Shown here piece after piece: positions 8,673-17,582 of a stretch of DNA of 61,506 nt. Under the pieces are notes generated by a model. The model did not search any database, had not been told where the DNA came from, and worked only from the letters and a program-made list of their open reading frames with translations. A program made the translations under genes and the position numbers. Numbering within the stretch: the stretch's first letter is position 1; each line of letters starts with the position of its first letter. The DNA comes from a bacterium (GTDB lineage Bacteria > Patescibacteriota > Minisyncoccia > Phycocordibacterales > UBA5272): assembly GCA_043719155.1 (NCBI GenBank), contig JAYSUJ010000038.1:1-61506 (forward strand), read 5' to 3'.

Positions 8673-10607
8673 ATGAAATTAGAAAGTTTGAGCCCTATTA
8701 AAAATCCATTGGAACAATTTTCTCCTAAAGAAAAAGACACTATCCTCTCTAGACTTGCTGTTCTAACGCCACTTTGTCATATGGTTTCTGGTGATATACA
8801 AATGAAAGTGGAAGTAAATGGAGATGCTGGTTGGCATTGGGACTTTGAACATAATGTAGTTAGATGTGATCCAAAGGATTTACTCGAAAAACCAATTGAT
8901 TATTTAAGATTTGTAATGCAACACGAAGCTGGACACAGGAAAGTTACAAGAGTGAAAGGCGTGATCCCAGACGAAGTATGGGATCAGCCAGGATTTTCTT
9001 TTATGATCAATGCCATAGAAGACCCCAGAATGAATAATTATGTGGCAGACACAATTCCAAAATTTAGAGATGAAATGATTTTTAGTTATGGTCTAGATAA
9101 AGATTTTGAAGTAGAGATGAGAGCCAAAGCAAAAGATAAAACTGGGCAAATTCCAAGATTCATGCAGGCTGGTTTTGAATATATAAATTTATGGCTACAA
9201 GAAGTTAAAGGTACTCCAAAACAAATTGATCCTAGTTTGCCCGAAGATGTAAAAGCGGTAATAGAAAAAACTTTAGAAGCGGCTAGAAGTAGCTGGCTAA
9301 CTTATCCAACCAGAAAAGAAGTGGATAAAGGGGCTATGGTTTCGGGTAAAACATTAACAGGCGAAGAAACCATAACTGAATATGCAAGAGCAAGTTATCA
9401 GGTTAATTTAAACGATGTCTGGCCTCTGTTTAAGACTTTAATTGACCAAGATATAGAGGACTTAAAAGATCAATTAAAAAAAAAAGGTAAAGGTGGTGAT
9501 AAGGGTGAGAAAAGCAAAGACAAAGCCGACACTGGAAAACCAGAAGATTCAGAGTCAGGAGAAGAAAATGAACAAGGTGGAAGCGATGAGCAAATGACAG
9601 AATCAGAAGCGAGAGAACTTGCTACGCAAATAATTAAAGAAATAGAAAAAGCTTTAAACGAACATTTCGAAAGTAAAGACGAGTCTAAAGATGTGCCACA
9701 AGGTAAATCAGAAAAACCCAAAGAAGCTGATCAGCCAACAAAAACATCAGATAGAGTAGATAACACGGAAGATGCTAAGGTAGAAAAAGATAAAATTCAA
9801 CAAGCCCTAGATGAGATTAGAAAAAAATTCGAAGCAGAAACTCCAAAAGGTTTATATAGAAAAACTTTAGCTGAAGTATCTCCTATTATAACTAGACTAG
9901 AAGATGAACTAAGAGAAATCTTTGTGCAAAGGAAAAGAAATGCTTTTTTTTCTGGATTTAGATCAGGTGTGCAAGTGGATATAAAAAGAGAAATAGCTAG
10001 CGAGATGACAGGAGTACCAGACGCCAATACTTTTATGAAAAGAGAGCTACCTCTTGAGCACGATTATGCAATAGAAGTTCTAGTTGATTTGTCTGGCAGT
10101 ATGAGAGGTCAAAAAATTGACGAAACCTACAAAGCTGTAGTTGCACTCTGCGAAGCGTTAAAAAATATTGGAATAAATTTATCAGTGACAGGTTTTAATG
10201 ATAGACTTTATCAATATAAAAATTTTGATCAGAATTATACAGATGATTTAAGAGAAAATACAGAAAGAATGCACGCTGAGGTAAGTGGTAGTGGTGCTAG
10301 ATATAACGACGATGGCTGGGCAGTAAAAGAAGTGGCAGACAGAATTAAAAAAAGAAAAGAAAAAAGAAAAATAGTCTTTGTGCTATCTGACGGCTTGCCA
10401 GAAGAATCTCCTCAACATCAAAATTTTGAACTAAAACAAATTGTAGCTAATATTGAAGCTGAAAAAGAAATTCATATTATAGGTCTAGGTATAGGCCCAG
10501 GTACTGGTCACGTTAGTCGTTTTTATTCTGACAACTTAGCTGATGTTTCTCTTGCAGAATTTGCACATAAATTAGCTATAAAAGTTAGAGAAGCTGTTGA
10601 AAACTAA
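8673..10607 (+). CDS. Zincin-like (HExxH) N-domain, acidic/Lys-rich linker and C-terminal vWA domain protein (DUF2201/CobT-like partner of the AAA+)
   Basis: Has MQHEAGH, a low-complexity KKKGKGGDKGEKSKDKAD...ESGEENEQ linker, the MIDAS motif VDLSGSMRG, and VFVLSDG. Confidence 0.75.
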   Translation: MKLESLSPIKNPLEQFSPKEKDTILSRLAVLTPLCHMVSGDIQMKVEVNGDAGWHWDFEHNVVRCDPKDLLEKPIDYLRFVMQHEAGHRKVTRVKGVIPDEVWDQPGFSFMINAIEDPRMNNYVADTIPKFRDEMIFSYGLDKDFEVEMRAKAKDKTGQIPRFMQAGFEYINLWLQEVKGTPKQIDPSLPEDVKAVIEKTLEAARSSWLTYPTRKEVDKGAMVSGKTLTGEETITEYARASYQVNLNDVWPLFKTLIDQDIEDLKDQLKKKGKGGDKGEKSKDKADTGKPEDSESGEENEQGGSDEQMTESEARELATQIIKEIEKALNEHFESKDESKDVPQGKSEKPKEADQPTKTSDRVDNTEDAKVEKDKIQQALDEIRKKFEAETPKGLYRKTLAEVSPIITRLEDELREIFVQRKRNAFFSGFRSGVQVDIKREIASEMTGVPDANTFMKRELPLEHDYAIEVLVDLSGSMRGQKIDETYKAVVALCEALKNIGINLSVTGFNDRLYQYKNFDQNYTDDLRENTERMHAEVSGSGARYNDDGWAVKEVADRIKKRKEKRKIVFVLSDGLPEESPQHQNFELKQIVANIEAEKEIHIIGLGIGPGTGHVSRFYSDNLADVSLAEFAHKLAIKVREAVEN

Positions 10608-10699
10608 TTTTCCCCTTACCCCACAAGCTCACCATATAGACCTTTCCCCCTTCTGCATAGTCTTAGCAAAAGACTCTTTTTCTGTCATTAATATATATA

Positions 10700-10723
10700 G
10701 AGTACGACCGCTACATACTCTGA
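10700..10723 (+). repeat. Direct repeat copy 2: AGTACGACCGCTACA(T)ACTCTGAC
   Basis: Matches 4585-4610 and is also preceded by CAAAAGACTC, as copy 1 is. It lies about 10 nt upstream of the recombinase ATG. Confidence 0.6.
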
Positions 10724-10732
10724 CAAATATAT

Positions 10733-12052
10733 ATGAAAATGACACAAAATATAGGTAAAATAGAAAGTAATATAGTCTTTAAGGAAGAAGAAACTAAATA
10801 TGTACTGTACTCTCGTAAAAGTACTGAAGATGATGAATCACAAGCATTATCAATAGAATCTCAAGTAAAAGAAATGTTTGCTATTGCAGAGCGAGAAAAG
10901 CTCAATGTAGTAGAGATAAAAAGAGAAGCTCATAGTGCTAAAGCTTCAGGTCAGCGTCCAGTATTCTTAGAAATACTTAGTGATCTTAGATCTGGTAAAT
11001 ATAATGGCATACTGACATGGGCACCAGACAGACTAAGTAGAAACGCAGGAGATCTAGGCTCACTGGTAGACCTCATGGATCAAAAGAAATTAGCCCATAT
11101 ACAGACTTTTACTCAAAAGTTTACTAATGACCCCTCTCAGAAGTTTTTACTCATGATACTGTGTTCTCAGGCTAAATTAGAGAATGATAATAAGAGTATA
11201 AATGTAAAGCGTGGACTAAGAGCAAAGGTAGAGCTAGGATTATGGCCTGCAGTACCACCAGTAGGCTATTTAACTTCTAGTAATAAAGGAGATAGTGGTG
11301 TAGCAGTCATAGACGAGATAAGATCTAAATTGATCAAAGGAGCTTTTGAGAAAATAGGTTATGACGGTTGGAGCGGTGTTAAATCATATAACTGGCTGAG
11401 TAATGAAATGAAGTTTAAGGCTCCAAAGAATAAAACGCTCAGTAAAGGTAATTTCTACCTAACCCTTCGTAATACTTTCTATTACGGAGTCTTTGAATAC
11501 CCTAGAGAAAGTGGTAATTGGTATAAAGGGATACATACTCCGATAATAACTAAAGAATTATTTGATCTAGTACAACAAAGATTAAAAGATAACGCTCAAA
11601 GCTCAGGACCTAGGAATAAAGAATTTGCTTTTACTAGATTACTCACTTGTGGTAGCTGTCAGTCAGGCGTAACAGCTGAGGAGAAGTTTAAAGACTTGAA
11701 AGACGGTGGTAGAAGTAGGCATGTGTACTACAAATGTACTAGAGTAAGAGATCTTGAATGTTCAAATAGAATGAATGAAGGTGATCTCATAATTAAGTTA
11801 AAGATACTAATAGATACTATAGATTTAAATAGACTAGCTCTTAAAGAGAAAATACAGAAAGAAGTGACTAGATTTAAAAGATTTCAAAGTAGATTACTAC
11901 TAAATGACAGTAAGATAGTTTTAAAAGAAATAGACATCAGAGAATATGTAAAGTTCATATTAGATGAGGGAGAATTGGAAGAGAAAAGAGAAGTGCTGAA
12001 TTGTTTGAAAGGTAATTTGATATTTAGTAAGGATAAATTAATTTTAAAGTAA
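10733..12052 (+). CDS. Large serine recombinase / integrase
   Basis: Resolvase-type catalytic N-terminus YSRKSTEDDESQALSIESQ, WAPDRLSRN, a recombinase domain, and a Cys-rich zinc ribbon (CGSCQSG...YYKCT). Confidence 0.85.
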   Translation: MKMTQNIGKIESNIVFKEEETKYVLYSRKSTEDDESQALSIESQVKEMFAIAEREKLNVVEIKREAHSAKASGQRPVFLEILSDLRSGKYNGILTWAPDRLSRNAGDLGSLVDLMDQKKLAHIQTFTQKFTNDPSQKFLLMILCSQAKLENDNKSINVKRGLRAKVELGLWPAVPPVGYLTSSNKGDSGVAVIDEIRSKLIKGAFEKIGYDGWSGVKSYNWLSNEMKFKAPKNKTLSKGNFYLTLRNTFYYGVFEYPRESGNWYKGIHTPIITKELFDLVQQRLKDNAQSSGPRNKEFAFTRLLTCGSCQSGVTAEEKFKDLKDGGRSRHVYYKCTRVRDLECSNRMNEGDLIIKLKILIDTIDLNRLALKEKIQKEVTRFKRFQSRLLLNDSKIVLKEIDIREYVKFILDEGELEEKREVLNCLKGNLIFSKDKLILK

Positions 12053-12053
12053 C

Positions 12054-13094
12054 TTAGCCGAGTCTATTTGCAATTTCATTCAATAATATATCTAGATTTG
12101 CTTGAAAGCTTATCTGTGTCCTATTTATTGATAAAACCTTAGTATCCACTTGGGTGTGGAGATAGTTGTCACTAATTTTTCTAGCAGTATCTTCAAGTGG
12201 CTTCATAATATCTTTAAAGCTTTTAGAGCCATATTGCGTAGATACCTCTAAAAAACTTTTCTTTTTAAAAATAGGCGGAATATGATCTAAAATTGCCCTT
12301 AATAGCATAGAACATGAATAGTAGTTCTCTAATCCGAAATTATCATCAAGTTCTTTACATAAAGATATTAATCTACTGATATCAAAATCTTTATTTTCTA
12401 TTTTTGAAAGTCTCAATAATGTATTCCGATCTACAAATGACTGGAGAGAATTTTTTACTACTCCACCTACAACTGGTAAACGATTTATATCTATAGTAGC
12501 TTTCTCAACTACAAATAAAAAATCTTTGAGCTGATCAACTACACCCAACAGAAATAAAGCTGCTGCTTCAAAGTATTTATGAGTAGGGACCTGTCTACCA
12601 GCATAAAGTGCCTTGGTATCTCTAGTAATAAGTTGTCTTTTCCAATAATCATTAAAAATATCTGTTTTATTTTTAAGTATAAATTTTTCTATTTCTTTAG
12701 AATTTTCCCTCGAGTATTTAGAAATTAAAAGAATTATACTTTTCCTAATTTCTTCAAACTTATTTTCTATTTCTTCAGCTTCATTGTCAAATTTTTCAAA
12801 ATCAAAAGAGTCTTTAGGTTGAATTTGTATACGAATTTCAGTATCATTTTTTTCATTCCAACCATCTGGGATTCCACGTATTAAACCCCACTCAACATTA
12901 AATCTTTTATGAGCTGAAGGTGTCTCAAAGTTTTGATAGAACAAATTAGCATGCCCTACAAGATCTGAACCACTCCATGAATTATTTACAATATTGCAAG
13001 CTGTACTAACTTTTTTTGCAATCTTTTGTAAATTTATAGCTATAATAATCAAATTATTAATTTCTTTAATTTTATCTTGAATTTGATTATCCAT
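12054..13094 (-). CDS. Hypothetical protein (orphan cargo between integrase and tRNA)
   Basis: Long clean ORF convergent with the recombinase. I recognise no motif in it. Confidence 0.5.
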   Translation of the reverse strand: MDNQIQDKIKEINNLIIIAINLQKIAKKVSTACNIVNNSWSGSDLVGHANLFYQNFETPSAHKRFNVEWGLIRGIPDGWNEKNDTEIRIQIQPKDSFDFEKFDNEAEEIENKFEEIRKSIILLISKYSRENSKEIEKFILKNKTDIFNDYWKRQLITRDTKALYAGRQVPTHKYFEAAALFLLGVVDQLKDFLFVVEKATIDINRLPVVGGVVKNSLQSFVDRNTLLRLSKIENKDFDISRLISLCKELDDNFGLENYYSCSMLLRAILDHIPPIFKKKSFLEVSTQYGSKSFKDIMKPLEDTARKISDNYLHTQVDTKVLSINRTQISFQANLDILLNEIANRLG

Positions 13095-13128
13095 ATTAGT
13101 TTAATTATAACATTTATTAATTTTAAAA

Positions 13129-13160
13129 TAAAAAATAGCTGAAACTAATCAGCTATTTTT
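13129..13160. terminator. Bidirectional hairpin terminator (AAAAAATAGCTGA...TCAGCTATTTTTT)
   Basis: A 7-bp stem flanked by an A-run and a T-run. It lies downstream of tRNA-Tyr on the minus strand. Confidence 0.5.
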
Positions 13161-13206
13161 TATTCGTAATATATTGACATATGATAGATGTCGTGCTATC
13201 ACGAGG

Positions 13207-13292
13207 TGGTGCGGCGAGAAGGATTTGAACCTTCGAAGCCCGAAGGCGCCAGATTTACAGTCTAGTGCGATTGACCACTCCGCCATCGCCGC
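13207..13292 (-). tRNA. tRNA-Tyr (GTA), long variable arm, CCA encoded
   Basis: Cloverleaf read by hand: acceptor GCGGCGA/TCGCCGC, anticodon loop CTGTAAA, variable arm GCCTTCGGGC, T-arm GAAGG-TTCAAAT-CCTTC. Confidence 0.85.
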
Positions 13293-13343
13293 ATATTTAG
13301 ACAACGCATTTATTATACAATATTTTGCTTTTTTTTACAATTT

Positions 13344-13742
13344 TTAGTAGAACAAAACCCAGTAAGCTGGCAAAACCCAAGAGATAAAATCTGTTACACT
13401 TTTTTTATACGGCTGATTTAGATATTTTGGATGAAAATAAAACTCTTGTATAAAAATTACTAAGGCTAGTGAGGCAAAGAAAAGAGAAGTAGATTTTGGA
13501 AATATAAAAATAATTAGAGATGACAAAACAATACTCGCAGCCACATGTATTAAAAATCTCCAAAACTGTAAAACAAAAGTTTTGTATTTAAATTTATTAG
13601 AAAAATACGAAGTATCTATAAATAAATCATAACTCTTTTTGCCAAAATAAACTCTTCTTTTATTGAAAAAAGGAAACAAGAAAAATATTTTAGAAAAGTC
13701 GAGTAACAAATTGTGTAGACTTTTTATTAAATTGTGAATCAT
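13344..13742 (-). CDS. Small polytopic membrane protein, hypothetical
   Basis: Hydrophobic segments, and it sits downstream of pilC on the same strand. Confidence 0.4.
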   Translation of the reverse strand: MIHNLIKSLHNLLLDFSKIFFLFPFFNKRRVYFGKKSYDLFIDTSYFSNKFKYKTFVLQFWRFLIHVAASIVLSSLIIFIFPKSTSLFFASLALVIFIQEFYFHPKYLNQPYKKSVTDFISWVLPAYWVLFY

Positions 13743-13749
13743 TTTAAAA

Positions 13750-14979
13750 TTAGAAACTCCCAGCCAAGTTGTAAATAGGCATTAAAACCGAAACTAGTAA
13801 AACCCCTACACCAAGACCTAGCAAAACTATCATCATGGGTTCTATTAGTCCAACCATCGTATCTATTGTCGTAGATAGTTCACGTTGATAATATTTGGCA
13901 ATATTGCCCATAAGTTTTCCTATCTCTCCTGTCTCCTCTCCAATTTTTAGCATTTGAGTAAGAGTGGGCGGTATCAAATCTTTGTGCTTTGCAAAGGAAG
14001 TAGAGAAAGTTGTGCCGGCTTTTACATCTATCAAAGCCTGCTCCATGATTTTTTTATAATGAATATTCCCTACTACATCTCCAGTTATTTGTATTGCTTT
14101 TGTCAGCGAAACACCAGAAGTCAAGAGAGTCTGGATGTTGTCAGCGATTCTGGTCACATACAACATTTTAAATACGTTTTTCACAACTGGTATTTTAATT
14201 TTCAAGGTATCAAAAATTTCTGTCCAGCCAGCCGTGTCTTTGAAAGTAAGGAAAACGTATGTCCCTATTCCACCCATAAAAACAAAAAAGTAAACACCAT
14301 AGGCTATTAGGAAATCTGAAATACCCAAAACAATTTGAGTTAAAACTGGAAGCGGTACATTTGACTCTTTTAAAATTTCTGCCAAACGAGGTATTACCAT
14401 CGTAAACACCAAGATCATTACAATCAGAAAGACCCCAATTACAAAGGCTGGGTAGATCATTGCATTTCTAACCTTTACAACCAAAGCATAGTTTCTGTCT
14501 AAATACTCAGACAAATAGGCAAAAGCCTGGGACATCTTTCCAGACTCTTCTCCACTTTTAACCAAGTTAACGTAGAAATCAGAAAAGAATTTCTTATGTT
14601 TTGCAAATGCAAAAGAAATTGGCTTTCCGCTTTTTACATCTTGCAAGACAATACCCAAGGTGTTTTTAATAATTTCCTTCTCAGCTCCATCTTGGAGTAG
14701 TTGTAAAGCCTTGACCACCGATACACCCGCATCCAACAAAGCCGACATTTGTTTAGAGATGTCTACCACGTCTTTTAAAGAAACTCTGTCAAAGATGCCT
14801 CCAAATTTAAAATATTGTCCCAAATCCATGTTGAGAGTACCGGGCTTTTCTTCGGTTATAGAAACCAAATCCAGCTCTTTTTCCTGAAGCATTTTTAATG
14901 CATCTTCTTTTTTTACAGCATTAACAATGCCACTTATAACTTTTCCTTCCAAGTTTTGAGCAATGAATTTGAATCTCAT
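13750..14979 (-). CDS. pilC: Type IV pilus platform protein PilC (GspF family)
   Basis: Two GspF repeats (KSGEESGKM and KIGEETGEIG), three TM regions, 409 aa. Confidence 0.9.
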   Translation of the reverse strand: MRFKFIAQNLEGKVISGIVNAVKKEDALKMLQEKELDLVSITEEKPGTLNMDLGQYFKFGGIFDRVSLKDVVDISKQMSALLDAGVSVVKALQLLQDGAEKEIIKNTLGIVLQDVKSGKPISFAFAKHKKFFSDFYVNLVKSGEESGKMSQAFAYLSEYLDRNYALVVKVRNAMIYPAFVIGVFLIVMILVFTMVIPRLAEILKESNVPLPVLTQIVLGISDFLIAYGVYFFVFMGGIGTYVFLTFKDTAGWTEIFDTLKIKIPVVKNVFKMLYVTRIADNIQTLLTSGVSLTKAIQITGDVVGNIHYKKIMEQALIDVKAGTTFSTSFAKHKDLIPPTLTQMLKIGEETGEIGKLMGNIAKYYQRELSTTIDTMVGLIEPMMIVLLGLGVGVLLVSVLMPIYNLAGSF

Positions 14980-15006
14980 ATTAAAAATAGTTTAACATGA
15001 ATTTAC

Positions 15007-17538
15007 CTAAACTTTGGAAAGTTTTTCATAAATTGTAAGCAGTTGAACAATTGCATTGTCTTGTGGGTGAATATAGGCACCGTATCTAGGGTCATTACTT
15101 TTAAACTCTTTTTTCAAAGCTACAAAATCCACTTTTCCACTTTCTATTTTTCTATCCAATCCAAAGCCATAAGGGTCGGCTATTGCCATCGTCCCAATGT
15201 TTCTAGTTCCGAACATTTTTTTTATACCCATGGCGTTTATTCTTGCAAATTCTTTTTCACCCCCACAAGAACGCATATTTACAAACACTACAGTTCCATT
15301 AAATTTTTGATATTTCTCTAGGGTATCTAGGGATCTATAAGCATGGTAACTATGCCCCATATGATGAAAGATCTGTGGTTTGTAGATCTCTATTGCCTTA
15401 GTTTTTACCCCACCTCCGGACTCTTTTGGAATTTTAGGTAGAGTCAGAACATGCCTCATAACTCCTAACCCAACTTTTTTTTCTAAAACAATGTAGCCGT
15501 CTTTTTTCAACCTTACGTTATTTACAATATTCCAACCTTTTCCTACACTTGCACCGTTTATTACTCCCGTTTTCTTATCATAGTCCAAGCCACCACCATT
15601 TGTAATAAGAAAATTATCTAGTGACCTATGTCCATCCCAGTGCTCTGAGCTTTGGGAAACACCCAAATCATCTGTGGTATCGTCATACGAAAAGGTCAAT
15701 TGAGTACTCACCAACACCTCTTTCCCATCAATAATTTCCTTTCTCCATAGCTCATCTTTACTAATTTCCTGATTTTTTTCTTGTAGAGTCAATTTATTTT
15801 TATCAAAAATGCTTTTAAAATTTTCTGGAATATTTCTATAATTTTTTGGGTCGTCAAAGTATTTTACGAGCAAAGCTGTCGCTACTTTTTGAGTCTCCGG
15901 GTCGTCACTCAATAGTTTAGCCTCCAAAAAACTTACAGTCATTTTATTTATTTCAGGACTACTACTAGCCAATAAATCGTAAACAGTTCCAAGGTCTTTA
16001 GCTTCAATTTTTTCAAATTTTGAAAAGAAATAAGTGTTGAAAATTTCTTTTTGTTGCTCTAATGTGCCCAAGTCAGTCAAAAACACATCCAATTGGTTAT
16101 GGATTGAAAGTGACCTCACAAAATTTATAAATTCTCCACTCGTGAGTTTATAGTTTCCATTTTGCTTTTGATTAAAAAAAGAATAGAGAGAGCCGCATTC
16201 TTTTTTCGACTTTTCTTTAAAGTCTTTGTATAAAAGTTCGCATTCACTTTTTAATTTACTTACAAAATCAAGTCCACCCTCTTCAAAATTTTTACGCTTA
16301 CCGTCACTGTTATATGCCAATTTGAAGGAGGAAAGATAGGCATCCGAGCCTGCTGTGGCCAATATCTCCAAAATTATTCGAGCGTTTAGATCCTTTAGAA
16401 CTTCAAGTCTTTTTTGATCAGATTGATTGTGTAAATTGTTCATTTTTAAAATAGGCCAAACAAACATTTTATCCCTGTCTTCATTTAAAATCAGCTTCAG
16501 TGCGGAATTGTCTGGTAGCTTGGCGGTAAGCTCAGTAAAATTTACAATATTTAAATCTTGAGACAAGCCAGGTGCTATTTTTTCAATTTCCAACCTTGTG
16601 TATTCATGCATAATGTTTTTCACGTTAGTTTCGGTAAGGTTTTCAGGGATAAGTATCTCTCCGCTCCTTATCCCGTTTACAACATAGTCACGGAAATCTG
16701 CATCTTGTATTAGGGCCTTGTTAAAATAAATAACCAAAGTCATGGCTTTGTCTTTTTCATTTTGAGAAGAAAATTTACCCATCATTTCTTCTAACTTTTC
16801 CCAATACTCATCCTGACTTGGGTATTTCGCCAATACCAACAAAGCAATTACTGAAGGAAAAGATTTGCTGCTACTATTTGTAAAAACCAAACTAAATTGA
16901 GGGTGAAGTAAAGCATCTAAGTAGCCTGAGAAAATATGCCCGTAGAAAAGAGGCCTATCTTTCAACATTTTCAAATTTCTCATAAAAGCCTCATTAGTTA
17001 AAAGGTCTTCCCTATCTTTTAAGGCATACACATCAGTCATTCCAAATTGACTGTTTTCATTTAAACCTCTTTTCAATAAAATATAGAAATCCAAATATTT
17101 TCTGTTTTCCAGAACAAACAAAGCTTTTTCAATATGTTCCGGATTGTCCGAAACCATGCTAGGCAAAACACCACTGTTTACCGTGTAGATGAAATTATTT
17201 AACCCATTTTCAGTTTTACTTACTATTCTAAAAAAGGAATTATGATAAAGTAGTCCTAGCACGTCTTCATATTTTATAACATTTCCAGATTCTCTTTTTG
17301 TTTCTTTTACGACCCTTTCCCCTATTTCTTTATACTTTATGTCTGAAAATTTTTTCTCAATACTTTTTTCCAATCTTTCAATATGAGCCTCTAACATTAG
17401 CAATTGTTCGATACCAGTTTGACCACTAGATTGAGCCTTTGCTTTAGGGGTTCCCAAAACAACTCCTGCCATGCTTGTAGCTGCCAACATGCCTACCCCA
17501 ATTCTCGATAATTTTTGATTAAACTCTTGTACTCCCAT
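15007..17538 (-). CDS. Large secreted protein, paralog A (unknown family)
   Basis: Signal-peptide-like N-terminus (GMLAATSMAGVVLGTPKAKAQ). It is colinear with ORF 17583..20057 and has a conserved C-terminal module. Confidence 0.7.
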   Translation of the reverse strand: MGVQEFNQKLSRIGVGMLAATSMAGVVLGTPKAKAQSSGQTGIEQLLMLEAHIERLEKSIEKKFSDIKYKEIGERVVKETKRESGNVIKYEDVLGLLYHNSFFRIVSKTENGLNNFIYTVNSGVLPSMVSDNPEHIEKALFVLENRKYLDFYILLKRGLNENSQFGMTDVYALKDREDLLTNEAFMRNLKMLKDRPLFYGHIFSGYLDALLHPQFSLVFTNSSSKSFPSVIALLVLAKYPSQDEYWEKLEEMMGKFSSQNEKDKAMTLVIYFNKALIQDADFRDYVVNGIRSGEILIPENLTETNVKNIMHEYTRLEIEKIAPGLSQDLNIVNFTELTAKLPDNSALKLILNEDRDKMFVWPILKMNNLHNQSDQKRLEVLKDLNARIILEILATAGSDAYLSSFKLAYNSDGKRKNFEEGGLDFVSKLKSECELLYKDFKEKSKKECGSLYSFFNQKQNGNYKLTSGEFINFVRSLSIHNQLDVFLTDLGTLEQQKEIFNTYFFSKFEKIEAKDLGTVYDLLASSSPEINKMTVSFLEAKLLSDDPETQKVATALLVKYFDDPKNYRNIPENFKSIFDKNKLTLQEKNQEISKDELWRKEIIDGKEVLVSTQLTFSYDDTTDDLGVSQSSEHWDGHRSLDNFLITNGGGLDYDKKTGVINGASVGKGWNIVNNVRLKKDGYIVLEKKVGLGVMRHVLTLPKIPKESGGGVKTKAIEIYKPQIFHHMGHSYHAYRSLDTLEKYQKFNGTVVFVNMRSCGGEKEFARINAMGIKKMFGTRNIGTMAIADPYGFGLDRKIESGKVDFVALKKEFKSNDPRYGAYIHPQDNAIVQLLTIYEKLSKV

Positions 17539-17582
17539 ACTTTTTTATTAAATAGCTTATTTCATTAAAGTATACTGTAAAA

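Larger units (their letters stand above)
1..12052. mobile_element. Phage-derived integrative island (left boundary outside window): packaging genes, DGR cassette, large serine recombinase
   Basis: ParB-methylase, TerS-like, TerL, GIY-YIG, DGR and serine recombinase are clustered next to tRNA-Tyr. The 8-mer CCGCTACA is confined to this region. Confidence 0.5.
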
